NCBI GenBank assembly: GCA_034433515.1
Contig: DAOUAL010000021.1
Span: forward strand, 317-64,316
Direction: 5' to 3'
DNA length: 64,000 nucleotides
Origin: Anaerolineae bacterium
GTDB lineage: Bacteria; Chloroflexota; Anaerolineae; UBA4142
The position numbers and the translations under genes were made by a program. Shown here piece after piece: positions 19,169-29,097 of the stretch; within the stretch, counting starts at the first letter, position 1, and each line of letters opens with the position of its first letter. The notes beneath the pieces are model-generated. The model was not told where the DNA came from. It did not search any database and worked only from the letters and a program-made list of their open reading frames with translations.

Positions 19169-19355
19169 GTCGTAGGCCGTAGGCGATTGATCGCCACATT
19201 GACACGGCACGATGAATCGCACGACTACAAGCCTATGGCGCGATATTGCAATTTTCCAAAATAATCTGATAGAGGATGCTTGAACATCTGGTTTGTAGTA
19301 GGCGATTGATCGCCTATTCAGGCGGCGCGATGAATCGCGTAACTACAAACCTAAA
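19169..19355. repeat. two copies of a ~57-nt double-hairpin repeat
   Basis: Copy 1 at 19169-19235 and copy 2 at 19294-19353. Each has GGCGATTGATCGCC and (G)CGATGAATCG(C) hairpins enclosed by an outer stem (GTCGT/ACGAC versus GTAGT/ACTAC) and ends in TACAA(G/A)CCTA. A partial third tail lies at ~19400-19435. Confidence 0.7.
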
Positions 19356-19425
19356 TCGCGTAGGGTGCGCAAGCCACTATTAGATTATTTTGTTAAACTG
19401 CAAAATCGTGCGATTACAAGCCTAA

Positions 19426-20304
19426 TCAGTGGGGGATCACATGCCAAAACATCTGCCGTGTCTGTTCCCATCGGTTGATCAGCGCGCGTGCCCACTCACT
19501 GCCGGTCACCTCGGCGTGCCGTTGCACGAGTGAATACAAGCGGGACTCGGTCGCCGGGTGGTCCAGGCGTTGCGCGCGCACGAGTTGCGCATTCATCCGC
19601 TTGGCGAGAATGTTTTCGCTATCATAGACGAATGCCTCCCCGCCGGTCATGCCCGCGCCAAAATTTCGCCCGACGGTTCCCAGAATAACGACAGTGCCGC
19701 CTGTCATGTACTCGCATCCGTGATCGCCCACCCCTTCGACGACAGACAGCGAGCCGCAGTTGCGGACGGCAAAGCGTTCGCCGACGCGCCCAGCGGCAAA
19801 AAGCATTCCACCGGTCGCACCATACAACAAGGTATTGCCCGCGATGAAATTTTCGTTCGTCGCCCAACGCGCCTGCGCCGGCGGCCGCAAAACAATTTCG
19901 CCGCCCGCCATGCTTTTACCCACGTAATCGTTTGCCTCGCCGATGAGGGTGAGATGCATGCCGTTGATGCAGAACGCGCCAAAACTCTGCCCCGCACTGC
20001 CGTGGAACGTCACGCGAATGGTGCCCGGCGGCAACCCCGCATCGCCGTAGCGCCGTGCAATTTCGCCGGCAAGTCGCGCGCCTACCGTACGGTCGGTGTT
20101 GTGAATCTCGTGCTCGAGCACAATCGGTGTGCACGCTTCGACGGCGGGCAAGGCAGCAGCACACAACCAATCATCGAGCGTCTCGGCGGGCAGGGGATCG
20201 TTCCGTGCTTGAACATTACGTCGCGGGCGAGTCCACGTAGGATCAGGATCAATCAGCATTCGCCCTAATTCGATTTGTGGCACTTGCCAGGATTGGTTGA
20301 GCAA
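19426..20304 (-). CDS. gltB: glutamate synthase C-terminal GXGXG domain protein
   Basis: GSAGQSFGAF, GEANDYVGKSMAGGEIVL, GATGGMLFAAGRVGERFAVRN, GCEYMTGGTVVILG, GAGMTGGEAFVYD. TTG 20304 has GGGAGA 7 nt upstream; alternative start ATG 20259. Confidence 0.85.
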   Translation of the reverse strand: MLNQSWQVPQIELGRMLIDPDPTWTRPRRNVQARNDPLPAETLDDWLCAAALPAVEACTPIVLEHEIHNTDRTVGARLAGEIARRYGDAGLPPGTIRVTFHGSAGQSFGAFCINGMHLTLIGEANDYVGKSMAGGEIVLRPPAQARWATNENFIAGNTLLYGATGGMLFAAGRVGERFAVRNCGSLSVVEGVGDHGCEYMTGGTVVILGTVGRNFGAGMTGGEAFVYDSENILAKRMNAQLVRAQRLDHPATESRLYSLVQRHAEVTGSEWARALINRWEQTRQMFWHVIPH

Positions 20305-20351
20305 GAATCATCTCCCTGTTGGTAGAGGGCGCGGTATAGCACCCGCCGAAC

Positions 20352-20451
20352 CGAGTGCAACAACATGATAGTTGCATACCAGACGGAGGGGAAAATGGTT
20401 ACCGAGACGGCAAAGTTTCCACTACGCCCTTTCATGTTGGTGCACTACTAG
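20352..20451 (+). mobile_element. MITE-like element copy 3 (100 bp, subfamily A, short form)
   Basis: cGAG...CTAG flanks. Its terminal CTAGTAG provides the TAG stop (20450-20448, minus strand) of the large glutamate synthase ORF. Confidence 0.85.
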
Positions 20452-23400
20452 TCGGTCAGCAACGCGCTGTTGAGGACTGACCATTTGACATCTTGCATCC
20501 CGCGCGCCAGAGTGCCGCGTTCGCCTTTGGGGCGCGGGTTAAATTTCAAGCGTTCAACGTGCCCAATCGCTTCCTCGAACGAGCGCATCCCCAGCGCCGC
20601 GAGATACTCGCGTGTCTCTTCGGCGATGAATTGAAAATAAGCCATAATGCGTGTGGGATCGTTCGGAAATTTTTTGCGCAAGTCTTCGCGCTGGGTGGCG
20701 ATGCCGGTCGGGCAGGTGTTGGTGTGGCACACGCGTGCCATAATGCAGCCCGCCGCCACCAGCACCGCCGTGCCAAAGGACACCTCGTCGGCGCCCAGCA
20801 GGGCAGCAACGATGACGTGGCGCGCTGTTTTGAATCCCCCGTCCACACGCAGCCGCACCCGTCCGCGTAAATTGTTGGCGACGAGCACTTGTTGTGTCTC
20901 GGCGAGTCCCAGTTCCCAGGCGATCCCGGCATGCTTCATCGAACTGAGCGGCGAGGCGCCGGTGCCGCCGGAATGACCACTGATCTGCACAACATCGGCG
21001 AACGCTTTGACGACGCCGGCGGCAATCGTGCCGACGCCGGCTTGGGCGACCAACTTGACCGAGACCTTGGCGCGCGGATTGATGCGTTTCAAATCGTACA
21101 CCAACTGCGCCAAATCTTCGATGCTGTAAATGTCGTGGTGCGGCGGCGGCGAAATCTGCGCCGTGCCCGGCGTCGTGTAGCGAATTGCCGCAATCTCCGC
21201 CGACACTTTGGTGCCCGGCAGTTGCCCGCCTTCCCCAGGTTTTGCACCCTGCGCAATTTTGATTTGCAATTCGTCCACCCAGGTCAAATAGGCGGGCGTC
21301 ACGCCGAACCGCGCGGAGGCGACTTGCTTGATGCGGCTGTTGCTTTCGGTTTGGTAGCGCGAACGATCTTCGCCGCCTTCCCCGGCATTGCTCATTGCGC
21401 CCAAGCGATTCATCGCAATCGCAATGGCTTGGTGCGCTTCGAGCGAGAGAGCACCGTGCGACATAGCAGCCGCCGAAAAGCGTTTGAGAATCGCCGAGGC
21501 GGGCTCGACTTCGGAGAGCGGAATCGGATTGCCGAACAAGATGTCGAGATGGTCGGACAAATCGCCGGACGAATAGTCGTGCACTTGGAGGGTGAATTGG
21601 CGATACTTGTCGTACGCGCTTTGAAAATTGCCGTTCAACACGCCGGGCGCCGTGACGGCGCTGTGCAGGGCTTTGACGACGGCTGGGTTGAAACTGTGAT
21701 ATTCGCCTTCCTTTTTGTATTTGTAAAAGCCATAGTTCTTGAGATGCAAGTGCGCTTCGTCTTCGCGCTGAAAGGCGTGCACGTGATGGGCAAAGACAAT
21801 GCGCGCCAGGTCGCGTAACGAAATCCCGCTGATATGATTCGGCGTACCGGTGAAATAGCGATTCACCACTTGATCCGCCAGTCCGATGATTTCGAAAATC
21901 TGCGCGCCGTGATACGCATCGAGCGTAGCGATGCCCATCTTCGCCATAATTTTGAGCAAGCCCTTTTCTGCCGCACGCACAAAATTTTCTTCGGCGCGCG
22001 CCGGCGAAAGGGCCTTTTCGTCACCTTCGCCTAGCGGTGAGGGGCGACCCGGGCGAAATGCCGCCAAGGTGCGCACACTCGCCAACGCGAGATAGGGATT
22101 GATCGCGTCCGCGCCGTAACCGAGGAGACACGCAAATTGATGCACGTCGCGCGCATCCCCTACTTCGGCGATGAGACTGGTGCGCCAGCGTTTGCCCACG
22201 CGCAAGAGATGATGATGCACCGCGCTGACAGCGAGCAGCATGGGAATCGGCGCGCGGGTGGCTTCGGTCACGCGGTCGCTCAAAATCAAGATGACGTTCC
22301 CAGCATTGACCGCGCGTTCGGCTTGCGCGCACAAGTTTTCTACCGCGCGTTCGAGCGCATCCTCATCCTCGCTCACCGCAAAGGTTGCACTGAGCAACGC
22401 ATGCGGAAATTCGTTGTCCATCGCGCGAATTGCATCGAGTTGCGAGCGCGTGAGCAAAGGACTGTCGAGTTCGATCAGATGCGCGTGTGTAGGGGATTCG
22501 TCGAGCAGGTTGCCGCGTGCGCCCAGTAGTACGCGCAACGACATCACCAACGTTTCGCGCAACGCGTCGAGCGGTGGATTGGTCACCTCGGCAAAGCGTT
22601 GTTTGAAATAGTGATACAACGGCCGCTCAAATTCCGAAAGAACTGCCAGCGGCGTATCGTCGCCCATAGACCCGATCGGTTCGGTGGCTCCGATAGCCAT
22701 AGGGCGCAGCACGACCACCAGTTCCTCGTCGGTGTAACCAAAGAGCGCTTGCTGGCGCGTGACCGAAACGCCTTCGCCTTTGCGCGGCGCGCTCGACGTA
22801 ACCGGCAAGCGTTTCATCTGCGCGTCGAGCCATTGCTGGTAGGGCTGGCGCGTTGCGTAATGATTCTTGATGTCGGCATCGTGCCAGCGTTTGCCGCGCG
22901 ATACATCCACGACGAGGCATTGCCCGGGCCCCAGTTTCCCTTTTTCGACGATGCGCGCCGGATCAACTTCCAAGGCGCCGGCTTCGGAGGCTGCGACAAT
23001 CAAGCCATCATCGGTAACCAGGTAGCGCACCGGACGCAAGCCATTGCGATCGAGGGCGATGCCGACGATTTGTCCATCGGAGTAGGCGACGGCGGCGGGA
23101 CCGTCCCAAGGTTCCATCAAGGTCGAGTGATAGCGATAGAATGCTTTCCACGCTTCCGGCAAGTCGTCAATTTTTTCCCACGCTTCCGGCATCAGCATCA
23201 ATTGCGCGTGCACCAGGTCGCGTCCGGCGAGCGCGAGCAATTCAAGCGCGTTGTCGAGCATTGCCGAATCGCTGCCCGTCGGATCAATCACGGGCAAGAG
23301 CGACTGGGCATCGTCAAAGAGATTCGACGCGAGGTACGGTTCGCGCGCACGCATCCAAGTAACGTTGCCTTGTAAGGTGTTGATTTCGCCATTATGGCAG

Positions 23401-24131
23401 AGGAAGCGAAAGGGTTGGGCGCGTTCCCAGTTGGGAAAGGTGTTGGTGCTATAGCGCTGGTGAAAGAGCGCGAGGGCGGTTTCGTAGGCTGGGTCGCGCA
23501 GGTCGGCATAAAAGTTAGCGAGTTGAAAGGAGATAAGCAAGCCCTTGTACACCAGCGTGCGCGACGAAAGCGACGGGATGTAGAACGGTTCCAGCTCTGC
23601 AACGCGCGCGCGTCGTTCGATTTCTTTGCGCGCCACAAAGAGGGCACGTTCGAAGGCTAGCCCAGCCGCGAGGTGGGACGGTCGTGCCAACAACACTTGC
23701 TCGATGTGCGGACAAATCGAGCGGGCGTGGTCGCCTAGCACATCGAGGTCAATGGGCACGGGCCGCCACGCGAGAATCGGCAGATGGTGCGTTTCGAAAA
23801 CGGCTTGGATGATTTGTTTGGCTTGGCTCCGCGCCGTCACATTGGTGCGCGGTAAAAAGAACACGCCTACCGCCAGATCGCCGCGCGCCGGCGCGACCAA
23901 GCCAAGGCTTTCAAGTTCGCGAGCAAAGAAACGATGCGGAATTTGCGTGAGGACGCCCGCCCCATCGCCGGTGCGCGCATCCGCCGCAATCGCACCACGA
24001 TGCGCCAGACGATTGAGCGTGGCGAGGGCATCTCGCAAAATAGCGTGCGAAGGTTGCCCGGTCAAGTGGGCGATGAAACCGGTCCCGCAGTTGGCACGCT
24101 CGCGCCCAGCAAACGATTCAACCGAAGGCAT
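20448..24131 (-). CDS. gltB: glutamate synthase large chain lacking the GXGXG domain (amidotransferase + central + FMN domains)
   Basis: 1227 aa. Ntn-amidotransferase N-terminus (..RERANCGTGFIAH). FMN domain with GHSGGTGASP. Ends in the linker after the FMN domain (..LNSALLTD*). Confidence 0.9.
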   Translation of the reverse strand: MPSVESFAGRERANCGTGFIAHLTGQPSHAILRDALATLNRLAHRGAIAADARTGDGAGVLTQIPHRFFARELESLGLVAPARGDLAVGVFFLPRTNVTARSQAKQIIQAVFETHHLPILAWRPVPIDLDVLGDHARSICPHIEQVLLARPSHLAAGLAFERALFVARKEIERRARVAELEPFYIPSLSSRTLVYKGLLISFQLANFYADLRDPAYETALALFHQRYSTNTFPNWERAQPFRFLCHNGEINTLQGNVTWMRAREPYLASNLFDDAQSLLPVIDPTGSDSAMLDNALELLALAGRDLVHAQLMLMPEAWEKIDDLPEAWKAFYRYHSTLMEPWDGPAAVAYSDGQIVGIALDRNGLRPVRYLVTDDGLIVAASEAGALEVDPARIVEKGKLGPGQCLVVDVSRGKRWHDADIKNHYATRQPYQQWLDAQMKRLPVTSSAPRKGEGVSVTRQQALFGYTDEELVVVLRPMAIGATEPIGSMGDDTPLAVLSEFERPLYHYFKQRFAEVTNPPLDALRETLVMSLRVLLGARGNLLDESPTHAHLIELDSPLLTRSQLDAIRAMDNEFPHALLSATFAVSEDEDALERAVENLCAQAERAVNAGNVILILSDRVTEATRAPIPMLLAVSAVHHHLLRVGKRWRTSLIAEVGDARDVHQFACLLGYGADAINPYLALASVRTLAAFRPGRPSPLGEGDEKALSPARAEENFVRAAEKGLLKIMAKMGIATLDAYHGAQIFEIIGLADQVVNRYFTGTPNHISGISLRDLARIVFAHHVHAFQREDEAHLHLKNYGFYKYKKEGEYHSFNPAVVKALHSAVTAPGVLNGNFQSAYDKYRQFTLQVHDYSSGDLSDHLDILFGNPIPLSEVEPASAILKRFSAAAMSHGALSLEAHQAIAIAMNRLGAMSNAGEGGEDRSRYQTESNSRIKQVASARFGVTPAYLTWVDELQIKIAQGAKPGEGGQLPGTKVSAEIAAIRYTTPGTAQISPPPHHDIYSIEDLAQLVYDLKRINPRAKVSVKLVAQAGVGTIAAGVVKAFADVVQISGHSGGTGASPLSSMKHAGIAWELGLAETQQVLVANNLRGRVRLRVDGGFKTARHVIVAALLGADEVSFGTAVLVAAGCIMARVCHTNTCPTGIATQREDLRKKFPNDPTRIMAYFQFIAEETREYLAALGMRSFEEAIGHVERLKFNPRPKGERGTLARGMQDVKWSVLNSALLTD

Positions 24132-24527
24132 TCACATCACTCCTCACCCCAACGGCACGGGAGATTCATGAAGCGACGGCGTAGTCGCAAGCGAACAGGG
24201 GCGACACTGCCCGAACTGCACCGGTGAGGGACTACCCGCGAATCGTCGTCACAAAACCCGAATCGAAAACATGCAACGATTCATAACCAATCTACTCATG
24301 CGCGGGTAAGCATTCGTGACTGAGTCAGATCAAACAACAACCACCTGAGCCTGTTTTTCGCACCTCGCCGTGGGATGTTCCCGCTCTCATCCCCCACGCC
24401 GCTTTGCAGCGTGGGAAGAGTCAGGAGGGAAAGGCTATTCCGCTAGCGAAAGTACGAAATTCAGACTGAGCCTCGCTTTTGCACCCTCGCCTGACCAATC
24501 AGAATGGGTGTACCTTGAGCGGCTGAA

Positions 24528-24636
24528 CTAGTGCAACAACATGAAATAGGTACATACCAGACGGATGGGAAGACGTTGACAGATGTGGCTAAAAATTGAG
24601 TTTCTACCACGTCCTTTCATGTTGGTGCACTACTAG
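24528..24636 (+). mobile_element. MITE-like element copy 4 (109 bp, subfamily B)
   Basis: CTAG at both ends. Lies about 400 nt upstream of the gltB start. Confidence 0.85.
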
Positions 24637-25060
24637 CCACCTTGTCTATTCGCCAGGGCAGGTGTGAAATCTAGGCTGAGGTTCAAGCAGTTGGGTAACC
24701 AGACGGGCAACATGGGGATGTGGGATCTGCCTAAACCTTTTCTAGCATAAGGGAGTGTATGCCAAATCTGTCCAGCCGTCTACGGACAAGATATTTAAAT
24801 TGTAACGGCTTGCCTTTGTGTAGGTTGCCTAATTGCACAATGTCCCGGCGGGCTAGCGAGTTCTCATCCGAAAAGCGTAAGAGGTGGGTGACCTTTCTAG
24901 GTCGCTGTGTTTGGCGGGCTAGAAAGCCCACGTCCACGAAAAGCCCACGCCCACGCCACGAAACTGGCGAGCACCGTCTTGTTGCAACAGTGCCGAGCCA
25001 TTCGGCGCCCAAAAATATCCAAGCACGTTCGCGCGCTAACCGAGGCGATGAATGACGGTG

Positions 25061-25390
<330 letters not shown>

Positions 25391-25405
25391 CGGTGCCCAA
25401 CCGCC

Positions 25406-26593
25406 TCACGGCAAGGCGAGCGCCATCTGTGCAGCGCGATAGTGAGGATTATACTTGAGCGCCGTTTCAAATGCCCGCCGCGCTTCGGTGGGGTGTCCCA
25501 ATCCGCGCAATGCCAGACCTTTGTAATAGTACGCTTCTTCAAGGTCTGGCGCTTGGCTCAAAACTTGATTGGCTAACGTCAACGCTTGATCGTATTGTTG
25601 GGTTTGCAAGTACGCCTCGAATGGCTCGAACTGGTACCACATCATTCGCCAGGGCAAACCTTGGGCGCGCGCCCGGTCGAATTCGGTCGCTGCTTCGGCG
25701 TAGCGTTTCAAGCCAACCAAAGTGGTTCCCAGATTGAATCGCGCAAAAGCGTCTTGCGCATCGTGTTCGATTTCGGCGCGCGCACGCGCCACCGCTTGAG
25801 CGTACATCGTTTGATCGTCGCGTGCGTTCCCCAGGATCGCGCGTACCAGCGGTTCTTGCGCCGGCGAATAGATGACGATATAGAGCCGATTGAATTGCCG
25901 CCAAAACGCATCTAGATCGGCGTACGCGATTTTAACGCTGGGACCATCGTACGAATCCATCGTCGTGATTTGCTTGGCATCGTACCCAATCACCAAACGA
26001 TAGTGTCCCATCCACCCCTGCGGCTCTTTGACCAGCCCGGTTTCGATGATCACCGGCAGATCGTTCGACACAAACAACTTGAGTTGATCGAATGTGCCGT
26101 TGACGCGAACGATTGTGCGCAAACCAACGCGGCTGGCGTATGCCACCATCTCGTCGGGCCGCACGTTCTTGTCTTGCGGATTCGGTTTGGTGATTGCGGC
26201 GACATCGGCTTGCGTGTCTTTGAGACCGAAATAACTGAGATTCATTGCGAGTGTAGTTGGACCGCAATTGTTGAACTTTTGATATTCGTGGCGTAGTCCG
26301 CGCAAAAGAAGGCTGGGTTGAATGGGGCGTACTTCAACGGCACGGGTTGGCGTACGCGTGCGAGTGGGCATTGACGGTCGTGGCGTAGCGGTAACGGTTG
26401 GAGGGATGACCGTTTCAGTTGCGGTCGGGTTAGGCGATGGAGAGGGGGGCGCGACCAAAGAGATATTTGAGGGTGTGGGCGGCAGAGGTTGAGTATGATT
26501 CGAACTGGCAACTTGGACAATCAAGAATACCCCAAGCGCCGCACCCAACGCCGCCCCAAAAAGTATGGCGAGGAGTACTTGCCTCCTCGCCAT
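25406..26593 (-). CDS. C39-like cysteine peptidase domain protein with TPR repeats
   Basis: N-terminal TM helix, Pro/Thr/Ser-rich linker, NNCGPTTLAMNLSYFG motif, C-terminal TPR repeats. Start uncertain (ATG 26593 or TTG 26680). Confidence 0.7.
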   Translation of the reverse strand: MARRQVLLAILFGAALGAALGVFLIVQVASSNHTQPLPPTPSNISLVAPPSPSPNPTATETVIPPTVTATPRPSMPTRTRTPTRAVEVRPIQPSLLLRGLRHEYQKFNNCGPTTLAMNLSYFGLKDTQADVAAITKPNPQDKNVRPDEMVAYASRVGLRTIVRVNGTFDQLKLFVSNDLPVIIETGLVKEPQGWMGHYRLVIGYDAKQITTMDSYDGPSVKIAYADLDAFWRQFNRLYIVIYSPAQEPLVRAILGNARDDQTMYAQAVARARAEIEHDAQDAFARFNLGTTLVGLKRYAEAATEFDRARAQGLPWRMMWYQFEPFEAYLQTQQYDQALTLANQVLSQAPDLEEAYYYKGLALRGLGHPTEARRAFETALKYNPHYRAAQMALALP

Positions 26594-26624
26594 TGATGCA
26601 AGTGATGGATTCACACAAACTCGC

Positions 26625-27749
26625 TTATTGTTTTTCGTACGGTTGTCCGTCTGCCGCCGGCGGAACCGCCCGACCGACAAAGCCGGTGAGTACCAGAATC
26701 GTCAACACGTACGGCAACATTTGCGGAAACTGCGATGGAATGTCAGGGCGATTGAAACTTAGGGTGGTGGTGATTGTATTGCCCAAACCAAAGATCAACG
26801 CGCCGGCAAGCGCACCGAACGGCGTCCAGTTGCCAAAGATCATCGCTGCCAGCCCGATGAATCCTAGCCCATTCGTCATCAACGGATTGAACACATCCAC
26901 CGCTTCCAAAGTAAACCATGCGCCACCAAAACCCGCCAGCAAGCCGCCCAACAAGACATTGATATAGCGCACGCGGTACACATCAATGCCCAATGTGTCT
27001 GCCGCGCGCGGATTCTCGCCGACCGCGCGCGTGCGCAACCCCCAAGGCGTGTAGAACAGGACGTAGTGAATCAGCAACGTTACCAGAATCATAAAATAGA
27101 CAATTGGTTTTTGCCCGGAAAAGATAATGGGGCCTAGCACCGGGATTTGCGACAAGAGGGGAATATCGAAAGGCGGAAAGGTGCCAGGTCCTGGCGGAAT
27201 ATTTTGCGCGAGATATTGGCGATAGAAATAACCGGTGATGCCGATGGCAAGAATATTGATCACGGTTCCGCTGATGATCTGATCGGATTTAAAGCGGATG
27301 GATACAACCCCGTGCAACAAAGCCAGCAAGCCACTGGCTGACACCGCCAAGCCAAGGGCTAACCAACGACTGATTTCGCCGGCAACCACCACATCAACAC
27401 CCGTGGTCTTCATCCAGGTAAAAGCATACACATTGACGCCGTAGGCCACCATTGCGCCCATCAACATCATTCCTTCGATGCCAATGTTGATCACGGCGGC
27501 GCGCTCGCACATCAAGCCGCAGTACGCCGCCAACGCCACCGGCGCGGCGTAGCGAATCGTTTGATTCAGCGTCCCAATGACACACTGCGCATCGCATTGA
27601 CCGCCAATCATTGCATTAAACACCAGATAAAACGCAACTGCCGCCGCGATGCCAAAAATCAAAGTGATGACTTGGCGATAATTGATCAACCCCTTGCGTT
27701 GCGGAGGAACTGCCATTGCCGTGTTACTCACCTTAACCTCCCCAGCCAC
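26625..27749 (-). CDS. ABC transporter permease (BMP-type, YufQ/NupQ-like)
   Basis: Multi-TM permease downstream of the paired permease and ATPase. Start uncertain (GTG 27749 or ATG 27716). Confidence 0.8.
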   Translation of the reverse strand: MAGEVKVSNTAMAVPPQRKGLINYRQVITLIFGIAAAVAFYLVFNAMIGGQCDAQCVIGTLNQTIRYAAPVALAAYCGLMCERAAVINIGIEGMMLMGAMVAYGVNVYAFTWMKTTGVDVVVAGEISRWLALGLAVSASGLLALLHGVVSIRFKSDQIISGTVINILAIGITGYFYRQYLAQNIPPGPGTFPPFDIPLLSQIPVLGPIIFSGQKPIVYFMILVTLLIHYVLFYTPWGLRTRAVGENPRAADTLGIDVYRVRYINVLLGGLLAGFGGAWFTLEAVDVFNPLMTNGLGFIGLAAMIFGNWTPFGALAGALIFGLGNTITTTLSFNRPDIPSQFPQMLPYVLTILVLTGFVGRAVPPAADGQPYEKQ

Positions 27750-29097
27750 GGGTCAACGGTTCGATTTCGACCTCACGCACCGCTTTCATCCGCAACAGAT
27801 AGCGCACCATCGCGGGCGCGGCAACGAACAAGAGCACCAACGCTTGAATCAAGGCGATGACATATTTGCTGACACCCGATTGCAGTTCCATCAGATCCGC
27901 TCCATTGCGCATCGCGCCAAACAGAAATGCCGCCCCCAAGATGCCAAACGGATGATTCTTGGCGATGAGGGCAATCGCAATGCTGTCAAAACCATAACCA
28001 CTTGAAAAGAACAACGGCAGACAACGACAAATCGAAACACCCAGCACTTCAATGGTGCCGGCAATCCCCGCCAACCCACCCGAGATGAGCATCGTGATGA
28101 TGATGACGCGCGCGCTGTGAATGCCGGCATACTTGGCGGCATCGGGATTGGCGCCTACCGTGCGCATCTCAAACCCAATCGTCGTCTTCCACATCAATCG
28201 CCACACTGCCACCGCAGCGATCAATGCGAGAAAGATACCAATGTGCATCCGGTCGTACGGATCGGTGATGGGCCACCAAAGATGGGTAAGCGATGGCAAG
28301 CCCACTAAAGTCACCAATCCAATGCCAGCGCCAATGCCGACGGCAATGCCATGCCTTTGCAACCAAGTCAAGCGTTTGATCCACCTAGGTTGCAAAAATG
28401 TCCATTCGGTTAACGTCCAAGCGATAAAGGCAAACACCAGCGCGACAAACAAGGCGTTAAAGGGGTCTTGCAAACGTTCTGGGATTTGATGCAACGACCA
28501 TAGTTCGGCGTTCGGTGAGACGCGCAACGTTTGCACCGCACTCGATTTAGTATCGCGCAAAGGATAACTGACCAGATACTCGGTCAGACGAAACGCGATA
28601 TAATTCATCATCATCGTGGTGATGACTTCGTGTGCCCCGGTGCGCACCTTGAGGAGTGCCGGGATGCCCGCCCAAATCGCTCCCCCCACTGCGCCGGCAA
28701 GAATGACGAGTGGGAGATGAATAAAAGTTGGCAGACCGGTGAAGGCAATCCCAGCCCAGACGGCACTAATGGCACCAATGTAAAACTGCCCTTCGGCACC
28801 AATGTTGAACAAGCCTGTTTTGAATCCTACGGCAAGTCCCAGTCCAAGAAAGACGTACGGCGTCATTGCCACCAGCGTTTCCGAAAAGCCGCGGGTTTTG
28901 AAAAATGCGCCGTTGATCATCCCTAGGTATGCCACGCCCACCGTTTCCAAACTACCACTAGTAATCCAAATGATGATGGCGCCACCAGCAAACCCTAACA
29001 GGATGGCAAGGGCGGGCATACTCAGCACATCCAGCCAGCGAAGGAGGATCGCCAGCCCAGGAGCGCGGCGGGCGCCGGTTTCGGTGATGCTAGACAT
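27733..29097 (-). CDS. ABC transporter permease (BMP-type, YufP/NupP-like)
   Basis: 454-aa multi-TM permease. Overlaps the ATPase stop by 8 nt. Confidence 0.8.
   Translation of the reverse strand: MSSITETGARRAPGLAILLRWLDVLSMPALAILLGFAGGAIIIWITSGSLETVGVAYLGMINGAFFKTRGFSETLVAMTPYVFLGLGLAVGFKTGLFNIGAEGQFYIGAISAVWAGIAFTGLPTFIHLPLVILAGAVGGAIWAGIPALLKVRTGAHEVITTMMMNYIAFRLTEYLVSYPLRDTKSSAVQTLRVSPNAELWSLHQIPERLQDPFNALFVALVFAFIAWTLTEWTFLQPRWIKRLTWLQRHGIAVGIGAGIGLVTLVGLPSLTHLWWPITDPYDRMHIGIFLALIAAVAVWRLMWKTTIGFEMRTVGANPDAAKYAGIHSARVIIITMLISGGLAGIAGTIEVLGVSICRCLPLFFSSGYGFDSIAIALIAKNHPFGILGAAFLFGAMRNGADLMELQSGVSKYVIALIQALVLLFVAAPAMVRYLLRMKAVREVEIEPLTRGWGG

Noticed and set aside
20304-20451. The simple idea that the MITE insertion alone split a formerly fused gltB
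   Set aside because: Precise excision leaves a TAG in frame, because it is part of the CTAG target. The two ORFs are in different frames, and a TGA precedes the downstream start. A single insertion event is therefore not sufficient. I kept it as a finding with both scenarios.
24132-24340. Glutamine riboswitch (glnA RNA) in the gltB 5' region
   Set aside because: I could not find the conserved glnA-motif core on the coding strand by eye. Only generic hairpins are present. An Rfam scan is still needed.
24731-25055. Small ORFs (93 and 98 aa) in the spacer between MITE copy 4 and the dehydrogenase fragment
   Set aside because: No ribosome-binding site, no recognisable motif, and the two overlap each other on opposite strands. 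The region looks like decayed sequence, so I left it unannotated.
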